The position numbers were made by a program, and so were the translations under genes. A stretch of DNA of 64,000 nucleotides from Selaginella moellendorffii (lineage: Eukaryota; Plantae; Lycopodiophyta). The DNA lies in contig NW_003314390.1 in assembly GCF_000143415.4 (NCBI RefSeq), positions 86,973-150,972 of the forward strand, written 5' to 3'. Shown one piece after another: positions 32,581-44,164 of the stretch. Under the pieces are notes generated by a model. That model was not told the DNA's origin and ran no database searches. It saw nothing but the letters and a program-made list of their open reading frames with translations. Every line of letters starts with the position of its first letter. Positions within the stretch are counted from its first letter, which is position 1.

Positions 32581-34368
32581 TTAGCTGCCATCGCTAGCAA
32601 AAACTCTGGAGAGCGAAAGATAAGCCGAAGAATCGTTGGAATCCACGTCCAGGAGAACCATCGCAGCTCGAGCTTCGCGAATGGGATCGTTGTAAATCCT
32701 CGACGCGCTCACCAGGCTTGCTAGCGCAACATCACTGGGCGAAAATGGCATGGAATCGATCAAATCTTCCGCAGTTTGGAGCTTCCCAGCGCGGCCGAGC
32801 GCATCAACCAAGCAGCAGTAGTGCTCCACCAGAGGTGTCACCTCAAAATCGAGAATCAGAGTAACGAAATAGTTCCGGGCCTCGCGAACAAGCCCGATGT
32901 GGCTGCAAGCCACCAAAACACTCGAAAACGTCATCTCGTCAATGCGAGAGCCATGAAGAACCATGTCGTGAAAGATTCCATGGGCCTCTTGCGGATACCC
33001 CTTGTGGGCATATGCCGCGATCATAAGATTCCAAGAGATTATATTCCTCTCCGGAGTATCATCGAAGTAAAGCCTAGCTTTCTCAACGTTTCCAACCTCA
33101 CCATAGACAAATATCATGATGTTCCATGACACGAGATTCCTCTCGGGTATCTTCTCAAACAAGTCCTTGGCCAAGGGAATATCCCCGTTCTGGGCATATG
33201 CTGTGTACATGGCATTCCAGGTGACGAGATTCTTGCCAGGCATGGTCGCGAATATCCTCTTGGCATCTTCCAGATCCCCTTCTCTAGATGCGGCCGTTAG
33301 CATCGCAGTGTAGGAGTAAACGTTCCTTCTTTCCGGGTTGGACGAGAACATTCGCTGGGCCTCGTGGTAATGGCCATTCTCCGCGTATCCGACGATCATG
33401 GCCGTCCAGCTCACCACATCCCAGCCGCTCATTCGCGCAAACACGGCCTTGGCCTCCTCGAGGCGGGAATTTTGAATGTAGCTCTGGAGCATGGACGTCC
33501 AGGATACAACGCAGCGATCCAACGGCGTGGAATCGAAGAGGGCTTTGGCGTCCGGGAGGGAGGAAGGGCTCTTGGCCATGGCTTGGGTCATGGCGGTCCA
33601 GGAGACGATGTCGAATTGGGGCTGCCGGTAGAAGATCGATTGCGCCTCTTCGATCCGGCCGCCTTGCGCGTAGGCGGATGCAAGGGCAGTGTAGGACAGG
33701 AGATCGCGGTTCTTCATCGAGTCGAAGACGATCTTGCCTTGATCGATCTGGCCGTGGCGCAGGTAGCCGTGGAGCATCAGCGTCCAGGCGATGTCGTCCT
33801 TCTCCGGCATTGCGTCGAAGATCGCCTTTGCGGCTTCCAGATGCCCTCCCAGCGCGTATTCTTTGAAGATCGTCGTCCAGGAGATGATTCCCCAGAAGGG
33901 CATTCGATCGAGAAAGCGTCTGGATTCGTGGAGGAGGCCGCCCAGGGCGTAGGCTCGGATCATGATATTCCAGGTGATATCGTCCTTCTGGGGCATGGCA
34001 TCGAAGAGAGATTTCGCCTCCTCCGGATTCCCAGTGTAGGCAAATGCCGTCAAGAGCGCGTTCCACAGCACGATGTCCGTCCCCGGCACAAGAAAGAAGA
34101 GATTCTTGGCGTCCTGGATGGCGCCGCCGTGGATGCATCCAGTGATCATGTTGTTCCAGGTGAAGACGTTGCGAGATCTCATCCGGTGGAAGGTCTTCCA
34201 GGCATTCTCCACGCTGCCGCATTTGCCGTAGCTGAGGAGCAGGAGATTGGTGAGATAGGTGTCGTCGCGGAAGCCATTCTCGATGATCTTGGCGTGAGCG
34301 GCGCGGCATTCTGCCAGGCTCTTGATATTTCGGGTGATCGTCGCGAGAAATCTTCGATCCAAGCTCAT
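32581..34368 (-). CDS. PLS-E class PPR protein (595 aa), copy 2
   Basis: 8 amino-acid differences from 13822-15609. Confidence 0.93.
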   Translation of the reverse strand: MSLDRRFLATITRNIKSLAECRAAHAKIIENGFRDDTYLTNLLLLSYGKCGSVENAWKTFHRMRSRNVFTWNNMITGCIHGGAIQDAKNLFFLVPGTDIVLWNALLTAFAYTGNPEEAKSLFDAMPQKDDITWNIMIRAYALGGLLHESRRFLDRMPFWGIISWTTIFKEYALGGHLEAAKAIFDAMPEKDDIAWTLMLHGYLRHGQIDQGKIVFDSMKNRDLLSYTALASAYAQGGRIEEAQSIFYRQPQFDIVSWTAMTQAMAKSPSSLPDAKALFDSTPLDRCVVSWTSMLQSYIQNSRLEEAKAVFARMSGWDVVSWTAMIVGYAENGHYHEAQRMFSSNPERRNVYSYTAMLTAASREGDLEDAKRIFATMPGKNLVTWNAMYTAYAQNGDIPLAKDLFEKIPERNLVSWNIMIFVYGEVGNVEKARLYFDDTPERNIISWNLMIAAYAHKGYPQEAHGIFHDMVLHGSRIDEMTFSSVLVACSHIGLVREARNYFVTLILDFEVTPLVEHYCCLVDALGRAGKLQTAEDLIDSMPFSPSDVALASLVSASRIYNDPIREARAAMVLLDVDSNDSSAYLSLSRVFASDGS

Positions 34369-34392
34369 GCGCTACCTCCTAGGGTTTGGACG

Positions 34393-35591
34393 ATGCAGCG
34401 ATGGATTCCCGGCGAGACGCGAGAGCTCCACGCGCGGTGGAAGCGCAAGGCGCTACAGGTATGGCGCAAGAGCCTCTACCTGGATCGTGTGGTGCGGTGG
34501 GACGAGCTGATCTACTCGGAGATCCCCAGAGCCATGGAATTCGTCCAGAGCCAGGGCGGGAGGATCGACATCAAGAGAATGCCGGCGGAGATGGACGAGG
34601 TGAGCAAGAGGAGGATGAGCAAGCTCCTTCGCAAGCACGCCGCGGTGTTTAAGCTCACGTACAAGCACCACAGGACCCAGGAGTGGATCGAGCTCAGGGA
34701 TTTCATGCAAGAGATCATGGAGGCCGAGAGGCAGGCGATCCGTGACAGGGATGAGAAGCTCTCGGTGTCCATCGTGAAGAAAATCTTGATGATGTGCAAG
34801 GATCGCAGGGCGCCAGTGACTCCCCTCAAGAACTTGAGCAAGGAGTGTGCCTTCCCTGTGGATTTTGATGGGTTTCTCCGGAGGTATCCGGAGGATTTCC
34901 GGCTAGTCGGGGGATCCAGAATGGTGGAGCTCGTTTCGTGGGATCAGTCGCTAGCCGTGACTGACAGAGAAAGGGCTGTGGAGGCAGGAAGAACGCAAAG
35001 AATTCTCGGCCCTTGGGCGTTCGTGAGTACGTTTCCAAAGAAGTTCGAGGCGGACAGGATTTTCTGGGAGGAATTCGACAAGTTCCAAAGACTTCCAATG
35101 CCGTCACCTTACGAAGACCCCGGCAACTCGGCAGATCCAAGCAGTCTGTCTGGAGAGAAGAGACTCCTGGCAGTCTTTCACGAGCTACTCAGCCTCACGA
35201 TCGAGAAGAGAGCATCTCTTGCAAAGTTCAAAGGATTCAAGCAGGAGTTGCGGCTGCCAGAGTACTCAGACGCTCTGCTTGCGAGTCACCCACGGTTTTT
35301 CTACGTCTCAGAGAGCAACTCACGCCAGATGGCGTTTCTCCGCGAAGCTTACCGGGAGAACGATCGGGTGTCCGTGACACGAGTAAAGGATCCGCTGGTT
35401 ACTATAAGGAATCGATACATGGGCCTGCTAAGGGTGGAGTTCAGGGAGCCGCGGGTGAAAAGGCCTTGTGTATTTAGCACAGATGAAAGCGATAACGAGG
35501 TAAGTTGTTGCTCTATATGTTTTCTATCTCATCTTCTGGTTTGTTTGGCCATTTGCAGGATTGTGACACAGACGCCGCAGATATACCATGA
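34393..35591 (+). CDS. PORR domain protein, copy 2
   Basis: Protein identical by eye to copy 1. Intron 35499-35558. Confidence 0.88.
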
Positions 35592-36099
35592 ATCGTGGAA
35601 GGAGAAAGCGCTCACAAGAGACAGACACTGAAGGTATGTTGTTTATTTCTCTTTTTCCTTTGCGGGAAGTGATGACGAGGTCTCTAGATGTTTTCTATCT
35701 CACCTTTTCGTTTCTTTGGCCTTTGCAGGAATCTGACAAGACGCCGCAGATATACGATGAATCGTGGAAGCAGGCACGTCGATCGTTTTTCCGGTCATGG
35801 GAAGGTATGTTGCTCTTCCTTTGCTGCGAGCAGTGATTGACGTTTGTTGGGTATAGAAAGCCAAAGCCGCGAGCTCCAAACCTGTTCTTGGAGTGACATC
35901 TCTTCGTTACCAAATGACCATTTCAATGCCGCTCAGCGGGAGACTGAGGTTAGTCGCAACCGGTTTCTAATTTTTTTAATTGGAGATTGTGACAAGGATG
36001 ATGCAACTTACACTGTGGCAGGCTTTCCCTTGCAGACCGCCCCATTGTGACAGATTCAAGACCACTTGAAAGCATACAACTTCACAGGATAGGATCGAA

Positions 36100-37272
36100 T
36101 CAACGTATATAGCGATACGATCTACATAGCGAAAGAAGAGCACAGTCCCAGCTACATCGTGATGCCAGGTAGTCACAAACATCCTTGTGCCAAAACTCCA
36201 TCACCGATTCCCAGAGGCTGGGAACTCGCTTGGGCAGTGCCACCCTCAGCAAGCCATCGCCAGTCAAGTTGTAGCTCGCCCTGTCCTCCACATACCTGAG
36301 AGGGAAGTAAAGCCTGCGAGCAAACACTTTGGTGCTCGCTCCTCCGCGCTCCAGCCTCACTGCGTGGCCGCCATCCTCGTCCCGAGCAACGCCGGCTATG
36401 GATGCGATGCAACCAGTCCCTTGCGCTTCTCCCATCAGCTTCAAGAACCCGTCGCGCTCCATCATGCCCCGGATCTCCCGAGCTGCTGCTGCTGCTTCTT
36501 CGCCATCTTTTCCTCCTCCCCCGGACGAGCAAGTGACTTCCACCTGAGCCGACTGCGCGCCAGGCATCTCCGCGACGATCACGTACGAATCCGGGAGCTC
36601 CAAGATGTCCACCAGTGGCGACACTGTGATCACGCTCGGCTCATGGACGCAAGCACCAACTTTGGTGGCAACGAGAGCTTCTGGTCGGACGAGTCGATCA
36701 GCGTTTTCGATGGTGTAGTCCATGGACGGAGCTCGCAGCCCACGAGCCGTGGAATGATCCTCATCACTCCGAGGCTCCAGCTCCACCAAGTCTTGTACTA
36801 GCTCGGATCCTGGAACAAGCGGCACCGTCACCCGCAAGACACCATTCTCAATCCGGTGGCTGATCCTGGCCGCGTCGGCGTGCCCGGGGAGGACGAACTT
36901 GCGAGCGAACAGCTTGGTGAAAGCACCGCGATCACGGACGGAGAACTCGGCTGGCTCCTGGTCGTGGGAGACGCCAGCGATGGAGAGAAGATGAGAGCCC
37001 TCTACTGCTTCCACCTTGATTGATACGTCGCTGCTCGCCACTCCTGGCATCTCCACCAGGATGAGATACGCGCCTTGGAGGCGCACCACGTCGGTGGGAG
37101 GAGCCGTCACGACCGTGTCGCCGATGGCGCAAAGGAACGACATCATTGCGTCCTCTACCTCGACTGTGGCGTTGGAGGAGCTCCCGCAGCCCCGCGCGTG
37201 GACGGAAAGGCCATGCTTGCACGCCGCCACCGCTGCCGTGAAGAGCGCTAACAGCAATAGCACCCTTCTCAT
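36100..37272 (-). CDS. Signal-peptide double-HSP20 protein, copy 2 (390 aa)
   Basis: Near-identical to 17333-18508, with a small C-terminal indel. Confidence 0.85.
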   Translation of the reverse strand: MRRVLLLLALFTAAVAACKHGLSVHARGCGSSSNATVEVEDAMMSFLCAIGDTVVTAPPTDVVRLQGAYLILVEMPGVASSDVSIKVEAVEGSHLLSIAGVSHDQEPAEFSVRDRGAFTKLFARKFVLPGHADAARISHRIENGVLRVTVPLVPGSELVQDLVELEPRSDEDHSTARGLRAPSMDYTIENADRLVRPEALVATKVGACVHEPSVITVSPLVDILELPDSYVIVAEMPGAQSAQVEVTCSSGGGGKDGEEAAAAAREIRGMMERDGFLKLMGEAQGTGCIASIAGVARDEDGGHAVRLERGGASTKVFARRLYFPLRYVEDRASYNLTGDGLLRVALPKRVPSLWESVMEFWHKDVCDYLASRCSWDCALLSLCRSYRYIR

Positions 37273-38258
37273 CTTACCCTACATCAAGACCTTAGCAATT
37301 ATGATTATTATAGAAAACGATCGACCAAACCTTTTACAAAAAGGATTCCAAGCTTTCAGTGAGCGTTAAGTTGGTGTTAGAAAACAAGCGTACCGATCCT
37401 ACACAGCCAGCCGTGATAGAAGAAAAGATACCCACCTGTAAACTTGCGAACTAGATCAGTGGTCGCTTCGCCACCATAAACTCCCTCTTAGGACTCCTGC
37501 ATGACAAGAAAGGTAACACTTTCCACAGCCATTTTGTTACCTGCCGTTTTGCAACGGGTGCTCCCGCCTCGTCCATGAATCCTGTGCACCATTTTGACAC
37601 TGTCAATTAAGAGAAGAGAACTCGCCCAACCAAAAGCTCACCTCTACTGTGTAATGCCATCCTTTAATAATTCTGCTGCACAGGAGCACCACTTGGTCTT
37701 ACTCGTCTTGGAAGGGCTTGTTGCACACCTCCGAGCAAATCCTTTTGCTCTAACCACGACGGTCCTCGTCGACAAACCAGACGTGTTCCAGGAACCATGG
37801 TATGTGTGGTTGCATATACAACCAAAGAGTGTCCGCCTAAGGCAGCACGCTTGTCAAGGATAGGGGACCTAATCTGGGATATTGGGACGGGCATAGGGTC
37901 GCCTTGCTTAGCGGCATGGGAACTGAGAAGAAGGAGCAACTAGCACGGATAGCAATGAACAAGCTGGCAGAGAATGTTCAAACCTCTACTGACGGTCGTG
38001 TGTCTCGAATAGCTGCAATGTTGTGCCGAAAGAGAAGTGTGGAATGATAAGTTGATTTCTATTTTGTCTCTTCAATGCTCTTCTTCCAGTCGGCACTTTA
38101 AGAGTTACTCAATGTTATACTCTCTGCCAATGGAGGACAAGACTCAGTCGGCAGAAACATTGCTTGCAATATACTTGAACTTCCCCACTGCTAACTAACT
38201 GAGCCGCTAAAAAAGAACAACTACAGTTCAGAATTATGTGAGGTATGCTTCTCTGGGA

Positions 38259-38810
38259 TTAAATCGAACTTTTTTCTTTTCCTGTGAGATGCAGCCATTC
38301 TGTGCACACCCAGCACGCACACCGTGAATCAGCATAGCAGCAATATCTCACATTGGGATTCAATATATGCCAGAAGAGCAGTCCAGTCCAGGAAACCACA
38401 TCCTTATCATCGAACAAGAACTTCGCTTCCTGCAAATGCCAAATTTGGGCATATGCTACGAGCATGATTGTCCACGTAACCGTGCTTCTCTGGGGCACCC
38501 AGTTTAACAATCGCCTGGCTTCTTCGGTCAGGCCCATCTGATTCTAAGCTGAACCCATGGCCCCCCAGGACACTGCATCTTGCATCGGCATTTTATGGAA
38601 CACAATCCCAGCCTCGTCCAGGTGCCTCTTCTGGGCATATGCTGCAAGAAGCGCGTTCCAAGTGAGGCAGTCGATCGAACGTCTTTTTGGCTTCCTCCAT
38701 GCATCCCCTGCGCGCAAAGGTGACGCGACTGGAGGAGATCCTCCATTGCGATGCAGGTTAGCTCTTTCAATCCGCATTCTTCGGTTTCTGAGCTCCAGTA
38801 TCTCCAAATT
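38259..38810 (-). pseudogene. PPR pseudogene fragment
   Basis: LTWNALLAAYAQKRHLDEA..FHKMP, an in-frame stop, then VTWTIMLVAYAQ..LQEAKFLFD and KDVVSWT. Confidence 0.85.
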
Positions 38811-38953
38811 CTTTGGAAACTTTCTCATTTGGTAAATAATGTGCATTGACAAATACAATAAGAAATAGAAAATGAAAGACAATGCATTAACTTGTTTTTA
38901 TTTTTAAACCACAAAGCAGAATCTTATTATATGTATATAATCCGTCGACTCTG

Positions 38954-39619
38954 CTAACCAATTGCGCGTCTGGTCTGCTCGCTGAGGCGTATAGTGTGCA
39001 CATCTTCATGGCCCCATTTGCCAATCCAGTACTGCAAGCTGTGCTCATTGGTCGATTCAGCTGTTGCTCCGCTGAAGATTGGTCTCATGTACAAGGTATC
39101 CATTACGACCTCCTCACTGTTGGCCGGGTTGGGTCGAACTCTGACGCACTGAGCTTGCCTCCACAATGAGAGACTGTACTTTCCAAATGTTTTCCTCTCA
39201 CCTGCAGCAAGCATGCATAGATCAAGAGGATCGATATAAGCGGATGAGGCTGATTGAATATACGTACCAGGTAAGATTTCCACAAAACCCCCTTCGGACT
39301 GAAGCTTTTGAGTAATGAAGAGCACGGTGCTGGTTGCCCAACCTGTTACGGTGGATGCAATTGATATACCTGAGATGCTTGCAGCAGCAGCTGTGAAGGC
39401 CGCCAAGGCCTCAGTAGAAACAAAGAACACATCGATGACTCCATTAGCAACCAGAGCCGCGCTGAATGGTGCAGCGGCTCCAGCGGTTGCAACGACAGTG
39501 GCAACCGCCGCAAATACAGTGACAACAACGGTGGCAATACCAATGGCTGCAGTATCAGGGCCTACCTTCACAAGGTAAGGGTCGCGAGTGTTGTTGTGGA
39601 TGGAAATGTAGGAGCCCAT
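38954..39619 (-). CDS. Uncharacterised 199-aa protein with a long Ala/Val/Thr-rich hydrophobic segment; one intron
   Basis: ATG at 39619 (MGSYIS) and an in-frame 66-nt GT-AG intron at 39202-39267. The coding frame is clean. Confidence 0.75.
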   Translation of the reverse strand: MGSYISIHNNTRDPYLVKVGPDTAAIGIATVVVTVFAAVATVVATAGAAAPFSAALVANGVIDVFFVSTEALAAFTAAAASISGISIASTVTGWATSTVLFITQKLQSEGGFVEILPGTYIQSASSAYIDPLDLCMLAAGERKTFGKYSLSLWRQAQCVRVRPNPANSEEVVMDTLYMRPIFSGATAESTNEHSLQYWIGKWGHEDVHTIRLSEQTRRAIG

Positions 39620-39977
39620 TGCACAATTTTGCACCCGAGCAGGCAGGCAATGCTGGCAATGTTGCTTGAGGAATCCTCATCCTGATACTTAAGGGGGCAA
39701 GGGGCATACAACGTGCTAGTGTAAATTAAGTAGGTCGCTTCGCTTGGCTGGCAAATAGTTGCTCAAAGACAAAAGCCATACTGTTTGAATAGAGGCGCAC
39801 GTGCATTGATGAACCAAGACTGATTCAAAATTCTGGAGTGTAATTTGGAGCAGCATCACTTGTTGGATTTAAATATGGTCTAAATAGTACATTTTATTCT
39901 GATATGTTATAAATACATCTTTTAACTTGCATTTGCACAAGCTTTATATTTAAAATTAAATGTGTATAATTAAACAA

Positions 39978-40012
<35 letters not shown>

Positions 40013-40503
40013 CATATATTGTGAGTGCATGGAATACAGAAAATATACATATCAATTAACCTAAAAACTCTAATCTATATACAGGAACAAGGGGTTCAGA
40101 TTGAAACCAATCCGACAGCTACTAAAATCCCATTATATGGCTGAAGAGGTGTGAAAACTCCTCTTCGTTGGAAATCTATTGTTAGTAAAAAAACAAAAGA
40201 GAAAAGGGCCTGATTTCCAAGGGCTAAGAAGAAGCACGAATAAAAGAATGCTGTATATTGATAAGAAAAATGATGGAATGGAGATAAAGATTCACAATTT
40301 AAATTCCCCCCCTTTGAAAAGCTAGTGGTTCTAACTGCTAGCATATATTATATGTTGTGCATGATTTAATCTATGACTCTGATGCAGCCCTGGGTTCAAG
40401 GTCGGAGTCCTCTGAACTTTGTTTTTGGTTGAGACACTCTGCTCCCCTGATAGAACTAGACACTGTCCTCGGTGTGAACATAGTCAGTCTACATCGCTTG
40501 TTG

Positions 40504-42423
40504 CTACTGCTGCTCCAGTTGATAGAGGCGACGTTTTTGTTGTGGGAGTGTAAGCTCGTGGTTGGGGACACTGTCTGGTGGATCTGTCCCATCTTCCTGG
40601 AGGTCAGCTACCTCAGCTAGGAGGGCGGTATGATCATCCTCGAGCTTCTGGTAGCAGGTGTTGAGCTCTTCGTATGTGAATTTGTAGGTGAATTCGTGAG
40701 CTGTTGATGGGGTTGATCGCTGCTTGGAGACGATCTTCCTGATGTCCCGAAGGTCAGTGCAGATTTGCTTCATCTCCTCAAGCTGAGTGTCTAGTTGGTG
40801 GTTTAAAGGCTCGTAAAACTCCTTGACTGCTCCCCGGGTGTATATGAAGGAATCTTGCTTGAGAAAATGCTGTGCGATGTTGGCTGGTGTTGGGAAGTGG
40901 TTCGCTTGCTCGTGGTACATGCGTTGATCGAGGGCTTCGAACAACTTGCAGGTGCAGTAGCTTGGGTTGCAGAGTTTATCCTCGTATTCCTTCCTGATCT
41001 CATCGTAATCACGGCATGGCTGAGGCATGGCTGCTGCTCCTGCTCCTACTCCGTGATCCTGGTGTATCTCGCTAGGGTTTGCTGTGTTCTTGCCGGGAGT
41101 TGAAGTTGCTGGAGGCTTAATCTGCTTCGTTGGATGTGGGTGACGTGGTCGGGCTAGATTCTTTGAGGTGGGTGGAGAGGAGCTTTTTGGTTTGATGCTG
41201 GATGAACAGCCCAGATGTGGCGCTGAAATTAATGTATCCGTTGGCAAATTTTTCTCTTGGAATTTCGTTGAAGGGGCAGAAGTTTTGTTAATGCTGGTCG
41301 TGGCATTTGCTGGAGCAGGCATGATTCCGTGTTCTGCAAGTGATTGGCGAAGGTAGTTAATGTTTTCTTTTGTGGAACGTGTCGAGGAGGTCGGGGCAGT
41401 GAGAATGTTGTTCTCAGCTGGTGGAGAAACTGAGTTCTCGGCGAGCAGCTGAAGCTTTGCTTTGGCGATGTTGATGTGTTGGTGAGAAGTTGTCGGTTTT
41501 GGGGCTGATTCGAGTGGATTTGGGCTCTGGGGTGAGTGTGGAAACTGGTGTGAGTTGTCTTCATTGTCGCTGATGATGAGGTGCTCTCGGATTAGCGGTT
41601 TTGGAGCTGAATTCGCTGGTGTTTTGTGTGTGAGGCGGCGGCGAAGTGGAGTTGAATTGTTGGAGTGTTTGTTGCTGGAGCTGGTGTTGTTGGAGTGAGT
41701 TGAGCCTGATTGTTGAGATGCTGGCTTTGGTTTCTTGCTGGGAGTTGCTCCTTCTGATTCTGAGTGTTCTTCGGAGCTGTTGCTTTGTTTTGTGGAGTTC
41801 GTTTGGGTTGTCCACGGTTGCTTGTTGGGAAGATCTTGGTGTAGAACGATCAGCAGTGGGAAGATTACTGTCTGCATGGTCTTCTCGTTGAGTGTGGCAA
41901 GGATGGCGTGGTCAAGAAGCTTGAGAAGGAGCTCATGGAGATGATGAGCCACGTTCACACGTTTGCCGTCAAGTAGAGCTCCGTAGACTTCTGCTGTGTG
42001 CTTGCCGATGGTGCGATCTGTTGGGTGAAGTTTGTAGTAGAGGAGGAGGACTTTGAGGCAATCCATATGCTGCTCCTCGATATCCTCCCATGTGAGCTCA
42101 CCGGTAATTTCTCGATTGGCCTTGATGATTTGCTGTGGAACTTCTCCTGAAAATTTGAGGAGTCCCTTGTTGGAGATTTTGAAAACGGAGGCGATTCTTG
42201 TTGAGCTGAGGGTGATCTCATTGGTGCCATCGGTTATGGTGCTGTTGTTGGGGTTGAAGGAGGCAGCCAGCTTCCTCGCCAGTTTTTGGTCTGGGTGTGT
42301 TGAAAAGGCCTTGTGGAGGAGCTCGAATCCATGGTTCTTGAGCCAAGTGGTTGTGTCGTTGCTAATATGGTGTATGACATATCTGAGGCGCCGGGGTGGA
42401 TGAGCTGGCATCTTTCTCTTCAT
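40504..42423 (-). CDS. Intact 639-aa additional ORF of Gypsy-1 (PMD/plant-transposon-protein-like N-terminus, disordered linker, coiled-coil C-terminus)
   Basis: Uninterrupted ORF between integrase and PPT, containing DQKLARKLAASFNP..TI....EITLS...IASVFKI..G and VYGALLDGKRVNVA. Confidence 0.75.
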   Translation of the reverse strand: MKRKMPAHPPRRLRYVIHHISNDTTTWLKNHGFELLHKAFSTHPDQKLARKLAASFNPNNSTITDGTNEITLSSTRIASVFKISNKGLLKFSGEVPQQIIKANREITGELTWEDIEEQHMDCLKVLLLYYKLHPTDRTIGKHTAEVYGALLDGKRVNVAHHLHELLLKLLDHAILATLNEKTMQTVIFPLLIVLHQDLPNKQPWTTQTNSTKQSNSSEEHSESEGATPSKKPKPASQQSGSTHSNNTSSSNKHSNNSTPLRRRLTHKTPANSAPKPLIREHLIISDNEDNSHQFPHSPQSPNPLESAPKPTTSHQHINIAKAKLQLLAENSVSPPAENNILTAPTSSTRSTKENINYLRQSLAEHGIMPAPANATTSINKTSAPSTKFQEKNLPTDTLISAPHLGCSSSIKPKSSSPPTSKNLARPRHPHPTKQIKPPATSTPGKNTANPSEIHQDHGVGAGAAAMPQPCRDYDEIRKEYEDKLCNPSYCTCKLFEALDQRMYHEQANHFPTPANIAQHFLKQDSFIYTRGAVKEFYEPLNHQLDTQLEEMKQICTDLRDIRKIVSKQRSTPSTAHEFTYKFTYEELNTCYQKLEDDHTALLAEVADLQEDGTDPPDSVPNHELTLPQQKRRLYQLEQQ

Positions 42424-44164
42424 TTTCTGTGATCGAAGTGCTGGCCCCGTTAGGGTTCTTGAGACCCGTAACTGTTGGTTGGCTGATCATGTGGCACTCG
42501 ATTGTTGGTGATGAACGGTAGAGATTTGTTGACGGAATTGATGTGGTTTGATTTGGCTTGATTGCAAATCAATGGTGGATATTGGTGATGAAGTTAACTC
42601 AAGTTGAACTGTTGATATTTGCTCAGGTGGCATTGATCCAATGGTAGCTTGGGACTTACAGATTTTTGCTGCTGTTTGTTGCTGAAGTTGGTGGATGAGT
42701 TCGTGTTGCGTGAAGTTGAGTTGTGTCGAACTGATTTGAGTTCAAGTTTGTCTGTCGGGGTGATTGTCGATTGTTGGTTTTAGGGTGTTTGTCAGTTTGG
42801 GTCAGAAATTTGCTGAGGTGCTGATGCTGAACATGTCAACGTGATATGGTCGAAGCTTGTTGAGGTTGACATCTCAGTGAAGTCTTCAGCGAGTGTGCTG
42901 ACTTTGGCAGTGCCGTTGGGGTATAGTTCAATGATTTTGAAAGGTCCTTCCCAGTTGGTGTGGAGTTTTCGGCCAAGTTTGCCGATGGGTCCTCGGTATC
43001 AGAGAACATGATCGTCGATGCTGTATTTGGGAATGTTATGCTGGGATGCTTGTCGGTCATGCCGAGCTTTTCTCTGTTTTTGGATGGCGTGAAGTGTCCA
43101 GAGGGCATTGAGTCGGAGTTCATCGAGATGTTCGAGTTGCTGAAGCCTTTCTCGAACTGCATGTTGGGTGTCGAGATTATACTTGACGGTGACTCGTATG
43201 CTTGGGACAATGAATTCGATTCTATTCCGAAGGTGAGTTTGAATGGCATCATGTCTGTGGTGACTTTATACGCAGTTCGAGAGGCCCAAAGTACGTCGAG
43301 AAGTTTGTCATCCCAGTCTTTGCCGGAATCGTTGATGACTTTTTTGAGGATGGTCTTCAGTGTTTTGTTCATTGCTTCTGCTTGACCGTTGCCTTGAGGA
43401 TAGTATGGTGTCGACATTTTGTGTCGGATTTTGAACTTAGTGGCAAGATGTTTGATTGTTTCATTGATGAAGTGGGTGCCTCTGTTAGTGACAAGTTCGA
43501 GTGGTGTGCCGAAACAAGTGATGATATTTTCATAGATGAAGGTTGCTGTTGCTTTTGCTGTGGCATGTTGGAGAGGTATTGCTTCGGCCCACTTGGTAGT
43601 GTAATCGGTGGCAACGATGATGTACTGATTTTGTCAACGGGTGCTGACTTGGGGTCCGAAAAAGTCGAGTCCCCATTTCTGAAATGATGCCATTGGGAAT
43701 GTTGGGTTGAGTTGTTGAGTCTGAGTTTTCCGCCGTAATTGGTTTCGTTGACATGTGTCGCAGCATTTGCAGAATTCTTCAGTGTCGTGCCAGAGTGTCG
43801 GCCACCAGAGGCCGGCTTGAAGAATCTTCCAAGTGGTGGTGTCAACGGAGAAGTGTCTGCTGGAAGATCCATCATGAGCTTCCTTGATGATTTGAGTTGT
43901 GTTTGGCTGCTTGATGCATCGGCGAAGAATGTTGTCAATTCCGAGTTTGTAGAGAGTGCCTCCAATGATTGAGTATCGTCAGGTTTTAGCAACAAAAGTC
44001 TTCTTTTGGTCGGACATAGTGTACTGATCTGGAACTTTTGCTGAGTTCAGGTAATGGAAGACGTCATCAAGCCAGGTTGCTAGTATTGAAACTCGGAATA
44101 GGTTTGAGTCTGGTAAGTCGTCGGTAAGTCTTTCGGATTTGTCACCGGTGGTGATCTGGTTGAG

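Larger units (their letters stand above)
30500..37642. repeat. Segmental duplication, copy 2 (with Merlin insertion)
   Basis: Collinear with 13265-19042. Confidence 0.95.
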
